The notes below the pieces were generated by a model. The model did no database searches and was not told the origin of the DNA. It worked only from the letters and a program-made list of their open reading frames with translations. 64,000 bases of DNA from contig JBFWKK010000001.1 in NCBI GenBank assembly GCA_050252715.1, positions 4,256-68,255 on the forward strand. The letters run 5' to 3'. Origin of the DNA: Sphaerochaeta sp. GTDB taxonomy: Bacteria; Spirochaetota; Spirochaetia; Sphaerochaetales; Sphaerochaetaceae. This document shows, one piece after another, positions 9,519 to 19,555 of the stretch (the stretch's first letter is position 1; each line of letters opens with the position of its first letter). Both the position numbers and the translations under genes were made by a program.

Positions 9519-10523
9519 TTATGAGAGCTGTTCTTGGTATTTCCTGTAGAGCCCCCGGAGCTGGTCGTAGGTCAAACTGAGCAACTTTGCAGCCTCTCTC
9601 TGGTTCCCTCCTGCTCGTTGCAACGCTTCTCTGAGGTAGACAACATCAAGTTCAATTCTGGCCTGTCCAAACTGAGAAAGATCCAAGGGCTTCTGTTCCT
9701 TTTCTTGTGTTTGCTGGAGTTCTCTCTCAGATGCAGATGAATAAGGATTCTCAAAAGGATTGAAATCAAGGGATTCAATCAGGGGAGAATCACTGCGGTA
9801 GACTGCACGCTCCACAACATTCTTCAGTTCACGTACATTTCCAGGCCATGGATAGGAGATAAGGGATTCCTGCACCTCATCTGAGAACTCCGGCATCTCC
9901 TTTCTCCCGCACTCCAAAGCCATCTTCGAGGCAAAGTAGGATGCAAGGAGCACGATATCCTCTCCACGCTCCCTGAGAGGGGGAAGAAAGAGCACCTCAA
10001 AGGAGAGCCGGTCCAGGAGATCCTCCTTGAACTTCCCCTCCTTACAGAGGGTGGGTAGGTCGGCATTGGTTGCCCCAATAATTCTGACATTCACCTCATG
10101 GGTAACAGAGGAACCGACTCGTTCATAGGTTCCATACTCCACAACACGCAGAATCTTCTCCTGTACCTCAAGGGGAATGAGCCCGATCTCATCAAGAAAC
10201 AGGGTACCACCTTCTGCCTCCTCAAAGCGCCCTTTCCGGGTCTTCTGGGCACCAGTGAATGCTCCTTGCTCATAGCCAAAAAGTTCTGTCTCGATCAGGG
10301 AAGGAGGAAGCGCAGCACAGTTGACTGTCACCAGGCTTTGCTGCCAACGTGGGGAGAGAAAGTGCAACCTCCTGGCGGCAATCTCCTTGCCACTCCCCCG
10401 CTCTCCCACCAGGAGAACAGAACGGTTGACCGTTGCCGCTCTACTGAGCTTGCTCTGGAAGTCAAGGAAGACCTCGCTCTCTCCCAGAGGCTGTTGGTTG
10501 TACCCCCCTTGCATGGACTCCAT
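9519..10523 (-). CDS. pspF: sigma54-dependent activator PspF
   Basis: [42 protein letters not shown]-terminal [12 protein letters not shown]; no N-terminal regulatory domain; AAGGAG RBS before ATG 10523. Confidence 0.92.
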   Translation of the reverse strand: MESMQGGYNQQPLGESEVFLDFQSKLSRAATVNRSVLLVGERGSGKEIAARRLHFLSPRWQQSLVTVNCAALPPSLIETELFGYEQGAFTGAQKTRKGRFEEAEGGTLFLDEIGLIPLEVQEKILRVVEYGTYERVGSSVTHEVNVRIIGATNADLPTLCKEGKFKEDLLDRLSFEVLFLPPLRERGEDIVLLASYFASKMALECGRKEMPEFSDEVQESLISYPWPGNVRELKNVVERAVYRSDSPLIESLDFNPFENPYSSASERELQQTQEKEQKPLDLSQFGQARIELDVVYLREALQRAGGNQREAAKLLSLTYDQLRGLYRKYQEQLS

Positions 10524-10537
10524 GAGCCACTCCTTGT

Positions 10538-10571
10538 TGGTAAATTTAGCCATCCTTGGTAGGATTTGCCA
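10538..10571 (+). promoter_or_regulatory. Tandem putative PspF upstream activating sites for pspA2, overlapping the pspF leader
   Basis: TGGTAAATTTAGCCA (10538-10552) and TGGTAGGATTTGCCA (10557-10571). Confidence 0.65.
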
Positions 10572-10669
10572 GAACCAGAGTAGCACAACCAAACAAACAA
10601 GAAAAGCAGAGAAGCCCCAATCCTTGACAAAATGGTGATTTATCAAAAATTTACTGGATATTTTAGAGT

Positions 10670-10685
10670 TGGCACGGATTGTGCA
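10670..10685 (+). promoter_or_regulatory. sigma54 -24/-12 promoter of the pspA2 operon
   Basis: TGGCACGGATTGTGCA, GG-N10-GC. Confidence 0.88.
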
Positions 10686-10734
10686 TCTATACTGATAGAA
10701 ACAGAGATGGTACTACTACCTAAGGAGAGAAACT

Positions 10735-11388
10735 ATGGGAGTTTTTTCAAGATTCTTGGATATTGTGAATGCAAACATCAACTCACTGCTGGACAAGGCA
10801 GAAGATCCTGAAAAGATGATCAAGCTGATGATGCAGGAGATGGAAGATACCCTCATTGAACTCAAGAGCTCCTGTGCCGCAAAGATGGCCAGCAGGGCAA
10901 AGACCGAACGTACCTACAAGGAAGCACTCAGCGCTGTAGAGCGCTGGCAGAGCCGAGCAGAGCTTGCAATCAGCAAGGGCCGCGAGGATTTGGCACGTGA
11001 GGCACTGCTTGAGAAGAAAGAGGTGAAAGCAACCCTTGACCGACTCAAGGAAGAACTTGGCACCTACGATGAAGTGATCAAGACCGCCAAGAGTGAGATC
11101 AATCAGATTGAAGACAAGCTTGCAGCGGTAAAGCAGAAATACCAGATGATGGTCGAGAGGGCAAAGCGAGCCAGAGAAGAGCAAGCTGCCCAGGAGACAC
11201 TCAGGCGTGCAAGCGAAGGCAATACCCTGCACCGCTTCAATGATATGGAAGAGAAGATCGACCGGATGCAGGCTGACAATGAGCTGAACCGCCGTGGCTC
11301 TACCCTGGACGAGAAATTCCGTGACCTCGAAGAGATGGATGACATCGATGCTGAGATCGAAGAATTGCGTAAGCGCGCAGGTCTGTAG
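10735..11388 (+). CDS. pspA: Phage shock protein A, copy 2
   Basis: MGVFSRFLDIVNANINSLLDKAEDPEKMIKLMMQEMEDTL, near-canonical PspA N-terminus. Confidence 0.95.
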   Translation: MGVFSRFLDIVNANINSLLDKAEDPEKMIKLMMQEMEDTLIELKSSCAAKMASRAKTERTYKEALSAVERWQSRAELAISKGREDLAREALLEKKEVKATLDRLKEELGTYDEVIKTAKSEINQIEDKLAAVKQKYQMMVERAKRAREEQAAQETLRRASEGNTLHRFNDMEEKIDRMQADNELNRRGSTLDEKFRDLEEMDDIDAEIEELRKRAGL

Positions 11389-11402
11389 GGGAGGAGCAAG
11401 GC

Positions 11403-11738
11403 ATGGAAGCAATTTGGATTTTGACCGTCATATTCACCTTCATCATTGTCGTATCCACCCTCGACCATCGCTATACGTTGCGAAAGAAGAAAATCGAGGC
11501 AGCCTTGCGGATGCGTGAGATGGAGATGGGCTACCCACCTGGGACCTACAGTGACACCAAGTATCAGAAACGCAAGAAAGGAAAGAACTCTGAAGTCAAC
11601 TTTACTGAGTGGCGACAGGGAACAAACAGGGCAGAACTGAGAAAAGGAATTGATGAATTGCAGGATCGTCTTGCAAATCTTGAAACAATAATGCACAGCC
11701 GGAAAGATAGTTCTGAAGGCTTACAAGATAAGGAATGA
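11403..11738 (+). CDS. PspB-like single-TM protein
   Basis: N-terminal TM, C-terminal LQDRLANLETIM heptad resembling PspB; lies between pspA and pspC. Confidence 0.6.
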   Translation: MEAIWILTVIFTFIIVVSTLDHRYTLRKKKIEAALRMREMEMGYPPGTYSDTKYQKRKKGKNSEVNFTEWRQGTNRAELRKGIDELQDRLANLETIMHSRKDSSEGLQDKE

Positions 11739-12109
11739 AAGGAATGACTACTATGGCTACCAAACGATTGTACAGATCCCCTCGGGGAAAAATTTTCGGG
11801 GTTTGCACCGGTCTTGCCGAGTGGAGGGACCTCCCCCCTGACCCGGTTCGCCTGATTGTATTTCTTGTGGTGCTTGCCACCGGTATTTTCCCGGGTGCAC
11901 TGATCTACCTCCTTGCTGCACTCATCATACCGATGAGTCCAGAAGGCTCCTACCAGGCATCGCATATCTATGCAGATGACGAACCCGATACGAGCGAAGA
12001 GGAGCTGAAGGCCGAATACGAACGGCTTAAGAGAAAAGTGGAAAAAATGGAAAGCGAGATGTTCAACAAGGAACGCGACTGGGACGACCGTTTCCACCAA
12101 GGAAACTGA
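11735..12109 (+). CDS. pspC: PspC domain protein, copy 2
   Basis: KRLYRSPRGKIFGVCTGLAEW, TM IYLLAALIIP, C-terminal coiled coil. Confidence 0.9.
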   Translation: MKGMTTMATKRLYRSPRGKIFGVCTGLAEWRDLPPDPVRLIVFLVVLATGIFPGALIYLLAALIIPMSPEGSYQASHIYADDEPDTSEEELKAEYERLKRKVEKMESEMFNKERDWDDRFHQGN

Positions 12110-12110
12110 T

Positions 12111-12986
12111 ATGCTGAAAGACACCAAGGCCAATAAGATTTTTCTGATCATCCTGGTGATACTCCTTGCCCTCTCCTTCTCCCTTTTCAAGGGATGGGAG
12201 AGACGGGGAATTACTCAGCGGGGGGAACAGATAATTGCCTTCAACGAGGGAGATTCCCTCTCGGTATCAACCATCAGCAATGACATTATCATCTCAGTGG
12301 ATGAACAGGCCAAGGAGGCAACCATCTCGCTGGGAAGCCATGATGATGAGGAGCTTGAGGTATCCAAGCATGGATCATCACTTTCTGTTACTGTTCGTCC
12401 CATCAAACGCTGGTTCCTTCGCTTCTTCAGCTATACTGCAAGCCCCTTGGTCGTTACCCTGCCAAGTGGAAACCTAGCGAGGCTGGAGGTATCCTCCACC
12501 AGTGGGGATATTACCCTGATGCACCCCATGCAGGCAACTGACTTGAAGATCAGAGGGGTCAGTAGTGAGGTGGATTTTCTCACCCTCCAGGTAGCAGACC
12601 AATTGGAAATAGGAACCACCAGCGGAGATATCTCTGGAAAAGAAGTCTCCTCTCGTGGAGAGGTTACGATATCCTCAACCAGTGGTGGTGTAGAGATCCA
12701 GCGTATTACTGGGCCAAAGACCATACTGAGAAGTGTAAGCTCAGAGGTTGAGGCAGGTATCATCCTCTCCACTGGTAATACAATTGAGGCAAAAACCACC
12801 AGCGGGGAGATTGAGCTTGACCTTCGCTCCAGCAAAGACATCGAGATAACAGCAACCACCGTCAGCGGTTCGATAGAATTCAATGACCAGAAGCAGGAAG
12901 GAAGTGAGGCAACAATCAAGATGGGAGATGGCAGCAATACGATACAACTCGCATCGGTAAGTGGTGCGATTGATGTGTTATATTGA
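12111..12986 (+). CDS. DUF4097 beta-strand repeat (Toastrack/LiaG-like) protein
   Basis: N-terminal TM and repeated (S/T)TSGDI / TVSGSI / SVSGAI motifs; typical psp/lia partner. Confidence 0.8.
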   Translation: MLKDTKANKIFLIILVILLALSFSLFKGWERRGITQRGEQIIAFNEGDSLSVSTISNDIIISVDEQAKEATISLGSHDDEELEVSKHGSSLSVTVRPIKRWFLRFFSYTASPLVVTLPSGNLARLEVSSTSGDITLMHPMQATDLKIRGVSSEVDFLTLQVADQLEIGTTSGDISGKEVSSRGEVTISSTSGGVEIQRITGPKTILRSVSSEVEAGIILSTGNTIEAKTTSGEIELDLRSSKDIEITATTVSGSIEFNDQKQEGSEATIKMGDGSNTIQLASVSGAIDVLY

Positions 12987-13130
12987 TGAAACTCTTATCA
13001 TAGTACTGGGCAGGATGGAACGATCCTGCCTTTATTTTTAGACATTTTCCCTTTTTCATCATGGTTTTTCCTTTTTCTCTCCCAAATCATGTTGTACCAT
13101 GAGCGTACCATTACTATCGGAGGATACATC

Positions 13131-16100
13131 ATGGGAACAAAGCGAAAATCACTACTGGTGATTGCCCTATTCATCCTGCTCATCGTTAGTCTGACTGGAT
13201 GTGAAACGGTCATGGCAATTCTGGAAACGCCCATTTTTCCACAATACTACACGAACGAACAAGGCGTTGCCTCTATAACAAACCCAGAACAGATCTTTAC
13301 GGTAAAGATCTCTGATCCATTGATCTTGGAGATTCCCATCGCTCGATCCGGCCACTATGAGTTCATCAACATGGAACATCCGGACATCCTCCTCTACATG
13401 GGACTCTACAGCAAGGACATCACTAGGAAGGATATCATTGCTGAGAACATCATTGGGGACAAACCAATGGATAGGTTGACAGCATATCTTGAAGCCGGTG
13501 AATCCTACCTGGTGGGTATCGGGACTCTCTCAGATAACCTACTGGGACGCTATGGATACTTCCAGTTGAAACAGGTGGAAGGACCAAAGAGTGTTGAACC
13601 AGTACTGACCAAACCTGTTGAGAAGAAAACAGTACCTATCCAGGAGGAGAAAGTGGAACCTGTGGCACTCCCTCCAGAACCAGTGGAAAGCCCGGTACTG
13701 TATATCACCAATCCTGAAGAACCCTTTACAGCAAAGATTACCGATACACTGGTATTCGGGATCTCTCCATCAGCAACAGGAAGATACGATCTTATCAATC
13801 TCGACCACCCCGACTCCCTCCTCTATATGGCTCTCTTCAGCATGGATGAGGATGAGGATGAGGCACTTGCTGAGAATGTGACAGGAGATGAAGTACTGGA
13901 TCGTCTTTCCACCAACTTGGTTGGCGGAGAGTCCTACCTGGTAGGAATTGGTGTCTTTGACAAGGATCTGATTGGGAAAGAAGGTAGTTTCCTTTTGCAA
14001 AGAGCTGATGAGGAGGAAGTCATTCCCCCACCGGCTACCGAGCCGGTACCCTTGACCGATCCTGTAAAATTCAAGGATGTTGACGAGGCTTCCAGCACCT
14101 CAACCGTCAGTTTCCAAGACCCATCCAAGGCCGAGGTAACTGCACGTGAGATGGCCCCATTCAGAGATAGTTCCGAGCAATCGAAAAACATCCTCAGCGG
14201 TACCATTAGTGGGGTACTTACCAAAGAGAACAGTCCCTATCTAGCGAAGGGACGAATCACCGTAGCCGATGGTACTTCATTGATTGTTGAGGACGGTGTT
14301 GTCATTCGCATGGCAAAGGACAGTTTCCTTGAAGTGAAGGGAACACTCGAGACACGGGGAAAACCAGGACAAGAAGTGGTATTTGTGGGAGAGAACCCCT
14401 CTGAATCAGGCTTCTGGGCCCATATCAAGTTCCTTGGTGACAGTACAGGAATGCTGCAAAGCACCCGCATTATTGGATCCGGTGCACAACAAGTTGTAGA
14501 AGGAGGATGGAGAAAATCCTCTCTGATTCTCAGTGATAGCGCACAGGTTACCTTGGTCGATTGTGAAGTTGCTGGCGGAACTGAAAGTGGTATTGAGCTC
14601 TTCAAAACTGCCAAGGCTGACATCAGCAGTACCACATTTAAAGATCTCGACGTTCCCGTGATTTTGCATGATTTGAGTGCAGTTCCAACGAGAATGGTTG
14701 GAAACCGGTTCATCAATCTGAAAGAGTATGGGGTACGCGTGACAAACGATGTAGTAAGAAAAGGCACGCATGCCACCTTACGGTACACAAACAACTTGCC
14801 ATACATCTTTACTCAGTTGCGTATCGATGAGGGTGCTACGTTGGATATTGAACGCTTCACCTCGCTCAAGTTCAAGGATAACGGCCAGTTGCTCGTGCAG
14901 GGTACCCTCAATGTCCAAGGACAGTCTGACTATCCGGTCATCTTCACCAGCTACACTGATGATGTGGCCTTTGATACCAACAATGACGGAAAGGCAACCA
15001 AGCCCTCTCAAGGAGCCTGGGGAGGATTACTGTTCACCGAATCTGCTGATGGCAATCTGGACTATGTGAGCATCCGCTACGCAGGAGGTGACCGTGTATA
15101 CTCCGGGGCATGGAGAAAGGGAGCTGTCTTGGTTGGCAATACCGCAACTCCCCGTATTACAAACAGCGAGATCATCCACAGCAAGGGATGTGCAGTAATG
15201 CTCTTGGAGCAAGCGAAGCCCACCATCACCAATACCACCTTCAAGGATTCCCAATATCCTATTGAGGTATCTGATGCAAAGGCTTTGACTGGATCACTCA
15301 AGAACAACTCCTCTATTGAAATGGAGTACAAAGCAGTACACCTCAATATCTCCACTATCCCAAGAGGAAGCTCAGTGACCTTGCAGAATTGGGATAACCT
15401 TCCCTATGTTGCAAAGACTGTAGACGTACGAGACAGCGGTCGTCTTACCTTGAATCCTGCCGTCACGCTGAAGATGCAGGGAAACAGCTCCCTGAATGTT
15501 GAAGGGTCCTTGGTAACAAAGGGATCAGAAGATTATCCTGTAACCATCACCAGCTATCGTGACGATGTCTCAGGAGATAGCAATGGGGATGGAGAGAATA
15601 CAATACCAGGAAGAGGAGACTGGATTGGCTTGGTCTTCAAGAACGAAGGCAAGGGTGAGATAAATTACACCCGTATCTATTGGGCAGGAGCTCAGACAGT
15701 CGTATCCGGTGCATGGAGAGAGGGTTCATTCATCCTCGCAGACAATGCTTCAGCAACCATCGACCACAGTGTCATTGCAGAGAGCAAGAATACTGCACTA
15801 CTCCTTTGTGACAACGCTTCGGCATCACTCTCCTACTCCACCATAAGGGATACCGACTGGGTAATGAGAATTGCTGATTACAGAGCCATGCAGAACTCCT
15901 TGGGCAACAATTCCTACCAGAATATCCTGCATGAGGGTATTAAGCTTGACGTACATGATGTGCCTTCTGGGTTGTCGATCAATCTGATCTCCCAGGATTA
16001 CCTTCCTCTGGTTTCAGGAAGCATCAACATCAAAGAGGGTGCAAGCGTGACCATTCTTGGTGGCACCTACTTGAAGATGGAGGGGGACAGTTACATCTCC

Positions 16101-16484
16101 AACAGCGGCACGCTCGATATCCTGGGAACAGGGAGCACCCCGGTAATCATCACCAGCTACAAGGATGATCTTCGCAATGATACCAATGGGGATGGCAATG
16201 CAACAAAGCCAAATGCAGGAGATTGGGTCGGCATTATCTACAATCCTGGGTCAACTGGTACCATTGATGCTAGCAAGATCATGTATGCCGGGGCCCAAAA
16301 GGTAGTAAGTGGAGCTTGGAGAAAGGCTACATTCATCACCCTGGGCAGTACCAAGCCATTGTTTAGAAATGGGGAGATTCTGCACAGTGCTGGAGATGGG
16401 ATCCTGGTCCTCGACCAAGCATCGCCAACCTTTGGGGATCTTCGCTTCACCGACATTGCTGGAGTGAATATCAACAAACAGTAA
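13131..16484 (+). CDS. Large lipoprotein with duplicated N-terminal domain and right-handed beta-helix repeats
   Basis: GGAGG RBS, lipobox LTGC, two ITNPE...GESYLVGIG repeats, four long repeats ending G(G/A)WR(K/E). Confidence 0.8.
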   Translation: MGTKRKSLLVIALFILLIVSLTGCETVMAILETPIFPQYYTNEQGVASITNPEQIFTVKISDPLILEIPIARSGHYEFINMEHPDILLYMGLYSKDITRKDIIAENIIGDKPMDRLTAYLEAGESYLVGIGTLSDNLLGRYGYFQLKQVEGPKSVEPVLTKPVEKKTVPIQEEKVEPVALPPEPVESPVLYITNPEEPFTAKITDTLVFGISPSATGRYDLINLDHPDSLLYMALFSMDEDEDEALAENVTGDEVLDRLSTNLVGGESYLVGIGVFDKDLIGKEGSFLLQRADEEEVIPPPATEPVPLTDPVKFKDVDEASSTSTVSFQDPSKAEVTAREMAPFRDSSEQSKNILSGTISGVLTKENSPYLAKGRITVADGTSLIVEDGVVIRMAKDSFLEVKGTLETRGKPGQEVVFVGENPSESGFWAHIKFLGDSTGMLQSTRIIGSGAQQVVEGGWRKSSLILSDSAQVTLVDCEVAGGTESGIELFKTAKADISSTTFKDLDVPVILHDLSAVPTRMVGNRFINLKEYGVRVTNDVVRKGTHATLRYTNNLPYIFTQLRIDEGATLDIERFTSLKFKDNGQLLVQGTLNVQGQSDYPVIFTSYTDDVAFDTNNDGKATKPSQGAWGGLLFTESADGNLDYVSIRYAGGDRVYSGAWRKGAVLVGNTATPRITNSEIIHSKGCAVMLLEQAKPTITNTTFKDSQYPIEVSDAKALTGSLKNNSSIEMEYKAVHLNISTIPRGSSVTLQNWDNLPYVAKTVDVRDSGRLTLNPAVTLKMQGNSSLNVEGSLVTKGSEDYPVTITSYRDDVSGDSNGDGENTIPGRGDWIGLVFKNEGKGEINYTRIYWAGAQTVVSGAWREGSFILADNASATIDHSVIAESKNTALLLCDNASASLSYSTIRDTDWVMRIADYRAMQNSLGNNSYQNILHEGIKLDVHDVPSGLSINLISQDYLPLVSGSINIKEGASVTILGGTYLKMEGDSYISNSGTLDILGTGSTPVIITSYKDDLRNDTNGDGNATKPNAGDWVGIIYNPGSTGTIDASKIMYAGAQKVVSGAWRKATFITLGSTKPLFRNGEILHSAGDGILVLDQASPTFGDLRFTDIAGVNINKQ

Positions 16485-16502
16485 GTTGGTGTGTAGGGAA
16501 AC

Positions 16503-16540
16503 GGGCTGCTGCCTTAGGGGTGGCAGCCCTTCTTCTTTCT
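16503..16540 (+). terminator. Intrinsic terminator after the lipoprotein gene
   Basis: GGGCTGC...GCAGCCC stem followed by pyrimidine/T tract. Confidence 0.65.
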
Positions 16541-16623
16541 GCACCAGTATGGCTTGTTACTCGGCTCACTACTTGTCATAATCACGTATCTGTAGGTAGC
16601 ATATGCCTATCCAAGGAGGCCCC

Positions 16624-17886
16624 GTGGAACGAAGTGAACGCATCCTCTATGCTCTACTCATCGTACTCATAAGCTCCCTCATGCTCATAGCCATGGTCCT
16701 TGAGGGTCCACTCACTGTCTTACAGAATACCCTACGTCTGCAGACTCACGCTGCTCGACTGATTAGTGACTTTACCTTGTTCGGGGTAGGGACTGCCATG
16801 TTCAATGCAGCCTCCGTGGGATTGCTTGCCTTGATCCTTGTGTTCCATGCATCGGTCAGTCTCTCTGGTCCTACCATCAGTGCAATTCTGACCATGATGG
16901 GTTTCTCCTTCTTCGGCAACACGTTGCTCAACAGCATTCCCCTCATCGGTGGAGTCTGGCTTGCAAGCAAGCTTGCACGCAAAACGTTTGGTTCCTACAG
17001 CTTGATCGCTCTCTTCTCCACTGCTCTGGGGCCCTTGGTGACCTACCTGATGTTCTCCACCGACCTACCGCTTTCGCTTTCCATTCCCCTCGGCCTTGCC
17101 GGAGGGCTTGCCGCTGGATTCATCCTCCCTGCAGTTGCCGGTGCAATGCTGCAACTCCACCAAGGCTACAACCTATACAACGTTGGCTTCAGCTGTGGGT
17201 TCATTGGGCTCTTTGCAGCAAATATACTGGTGGCAGCAGGAAAAATGAAACCCATTGCAATTACCTGGAATCAGGAGTTCTCCCTCCCGCTCTTTCTGGT
17301 CATACCACTTTTCTCCTTGCTCATGATCGTGACAGCTTTTTTCATCGAGAAACCAAAACAGGGATTGCTCGGTTTTCTGGAGATACAGAAACTCTCAGGT
17401 CGTCTCCCCTATGACTTCCTGGATACCGGTTATACTGCCGGCACCTTTTTGAATGTCGGGGTCCTGGGCCTCTTGTTCTGGCTCTACCTCGTTGTCATTG
17501 GAGCCCCAATCAACGGTCCAACCATCGGAGCCCTATTCACCATCATTGCCTTTGGGGGATTCGGAAAAACCGTCAAGAATACATTCCCCGTTGCCTTGGG
17601 AGTAGTACTCTCTGCTCTGCTCTTCTCCAAGTCGCTGGTTGCGCCCGGCCCGCTCCTTGCAACACTTTTCTCCACAACACTTGCTCCAATCGCCGGCCAG
17701 TTTGGTTTTCTTGCCGGCATCCTGGCAGGATTCCTCCATCTTGTCATGGTAGAGGTTACCGCTTCCTGGCATGGTGGACTTGATCTCTACAACAATGGAT
17801 TTGCCGGTGGATTGACAGCCAGCCTGTTCGTAGCCATCCTGCAATGGTATAAGACCAACCGACCTGAGGAGGATTTTACCGAATGA
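16624..17886 (+). CDS. DUF1576 family multi-pass membrane protein
   Basis: Internally duplicated motifs H.GYNLYNVGF and HGGLDLYNNGF, F.T.LAP; GTG start after GGAGG. Confidence 0.8.
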   Translation: MERSERILYALLIVLISSLMLIAMVLEGPLTVLQNTLRLQTHAARLISDFTLFGVGTAMFNAASVGLLALILVFHASVSLSGPTISAILTMMGFSFFGNTLLNSIPLIGGVWLASKLARKTFGSYSLIALFSTALGPLVTYLMFSTDLPLSLSIPLGLAGGLAAGFILPAVAGAMLQLHQGYNLYNVGFSCGFIGLFAANILVAAGKMKPIAITWNQEFSLPLFLVIPLFSLLMIVTAFFIEKPKQGLLGFLEIQKLSGRLPYDFLDTGYTAGTFLNVGVLGLLFWLYLVVIGAPINGPTIGALFTIIAFGGFGKTVKNTFPVALGVVLSALLFSKSLVAPGPLLATLFSTTLAPIAGQFGFLAGILAGFLHLVMVEVTASWHGGLDLYNNGFAGGLTASLFVAILQWYKTNRPEEDFTE

Positions 17887-18275
17887 AACGGAAAGAATTA
17901 TTGGGACGATTGATCGGGGAGGTGACCAACTTTCTCCTGGACGGCAATCCACTACGTTTGGTGGTCTCACTCCATCAGGAGGAGGATGGTGCACATCTTA
18001 CCTTCTTCGATGACAAGAAGCGAAGTGACGAGGAACTCAAGCGCATCAACAAGGCACTGCACCCAAAGCATGAACGACCTGAACTTGCCGAGTACTATGG
18101 GCTGATGGCCGGTCACGATGTCACTTGGGATTCCCGACTGAAGCTTATAGGCTGGCAGATCAAACACGCAGATGTCGATAACTCAGATAGTGGACTGCGT
18201 ATTGACCTCTGGCTCGGAAGTGATGCATTCAATCCAGAGAAATTTTCAATCGGAGAGAAGAAAAGCAACAAATAG
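17883..18275 (+). CDS. Hypothetical protein translationally coupled to the DUF1576 gene
   Basis: ATGA overlap; 130 aa with R.ELAEYYGLMAG motif. Confidence 0.7.
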   Translation: MKRKELLGRLIGEVTNFLLDGNPLRLVVSLHQEEDGAHLTFFDDKKRSDEELKRINKALHPKHERPELAEYYGLMAGHDVTWDSRLKLIGWQIKHADVDNSDSGLRIDLWLGSDAFNPEKFSIGEKKSNK

Positions 18276-18295
18276 CTGGTATTTACCCTACATTA

Positions 18296-18366
18296 TGTTG
18301 CATAATTTCAAGTGAATACTGTTTTTGTTGCATATTCATGCATAAAGTGTTGCATAAATTTCCAGT
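18296..18366 (+). promoter_or_regulatory. ARG-box-like operator cluster upstream of carAB
   Basis: TGTTGCATA three times (18296, 18326, 18348) including palindrome TGCAT-ATTC-ATGCA. Confidence 0.55.
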
Positions 18367-18406
18367 ATCCGGTATTATCCCTACAATTTAAACTACTGGA
18401 GAACCT

Positions 18407-19555
18407 ATGGATACAAGCTTTCTGCTACTAGAGGACGGGACCCTTTTCACCGCTGTTGGATTCGGTCAACCTGCTCCCCTGCTTGGTGAGCAGGCACCCA
18501 TCGCAGAGGTGGTATTCAACACCAGCATGACTGGATACCAGGAAATATTGACCGATCCCTCCTACCATGGGCAGTCGATCGTAATGACCTACCCGCACAT
18601 TGGGAACTATGGGTGTGAAACCTCCTTTGAAGAGCATATGGGTCTGCAAAAGCCCATCAGTTGTACGGCAATGATTATCCGATCCCTGTATACAGGCCCT
18701 CTTCCACCAAAGAGGGTCTCTTTACATGCCTATCTTCTTGCACAAGGAATTGTAGGACTGAGTGAAGTTGACACCCGTTCCCTGACCATTCATATCAGGA
18801 ACCATGGTGCACAGAAAGCGATTATCTTTCGGTCAGCGGAAAAGACACCCTCACCTGCACAGAAAGCGTATGCACTCTCTTTGATCAAAGCATACCCATC
18901 GGTCAGTGAGCTGGACCTTATTGAGGGGGTAAGCAGCAAAGAGATACGAAAAGACCCCCCATTGCCTTCCCTCCCAACCAATCCAATATTTCGTTTCGCT
19001 GTAGTGGATTTTGGAATAAAACGCTCCATTGTGCATGAGCTCTATACACGAAATGTAGCCGTTACCCTATTTCCTCCAACAATCCAGTCAGCAGAGATAC
19101 TTCAATCTGGTTGTGATGCGATGTTACTTTCCAACGGTCCTGGAGACCCCCAACGATTGCATGGGGCCATTGCAATGACACAAGAGATCATTGGTGCAGG
19201 ACTTCCTGTCTTTGGCATCTGCCTCGGACACCAGCTTATCACCTGGGCTCTGGGCGGCACTACCAAGAAGATGAAATACGGACATCATGGGGGAAACCAC
19301 CCAGTGGTGGACACACAAAGTGGCTCATGCTTTGTCACCAGCCAGAACCACAGTTATGCAAGTGATGAAGCACATCTCCCTGATTCTGTGACCGTCTGGT
19401 TCAGAAATGCAAACGACAACTCCATTGAAGGCCTGTTCAGCAATGAAAAGCCAGTGAGCTGTGTACAGTTCCACCCCGAGGCAGCCCCCGGGCCACATGA
19501 TGCAACCTGGATTTTCGACCGGTTCATTGAGATTACAGAGGAGAACAAGGCATGA
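18407..19555 (+). CDS. carA: Carbamoyl-phosphate synthase small subunit
   Basis: EVVFNTSMTGYQEILTDPSY, LSNGPGDP, GICLGHQ, QFHPEA. Confidence 0.97.
   Translation: MDTSFLLLEDGTLFTAVGFGQPAPLLGEQAPIAEVVFNTSMTGYQEILTDPSYHGQSIVMTYPHIGNYGCETSFEEHMGLQKPISCTAMIIRSLYTGPLPPKRVSLHAYLLAQGIVGLSEVDTRSLTIHIRNHGAQKAIIFRSAEKTPSPAQKAYALSLIKAYPSVSELDLIEGVSSKEIRKDPPLPSLPTNPIFRFAVVDFGIKRSIVHELYTRNVAVTLFPPTIQSAEILQSGCDAMLLSNGPGDPQRLHGAIAMTQEIIGAGLPVFGICLGHQLITWALGGTTKKMKYGHHGGNHPVVDTQSGSCFVTSQNHSYASDEAHLPDSVTVWFRNANDNSIEGLFSNEKPVSCVQFHPEAAPGPHDATWIFDRFIEITEENKA

Noticed and set aside
10524-10646. Longer N-terminus of PspF given by the ORF track
   Set aside because: A strong AAGGAG RBS precedes ATG 10523, and the extension overlaps the enhancer and promoter region.
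18688-18695. TGTATACA inside carA as a GntR site
   Set aside because: Mid-CDS with non-matching flanks; expected by chance.
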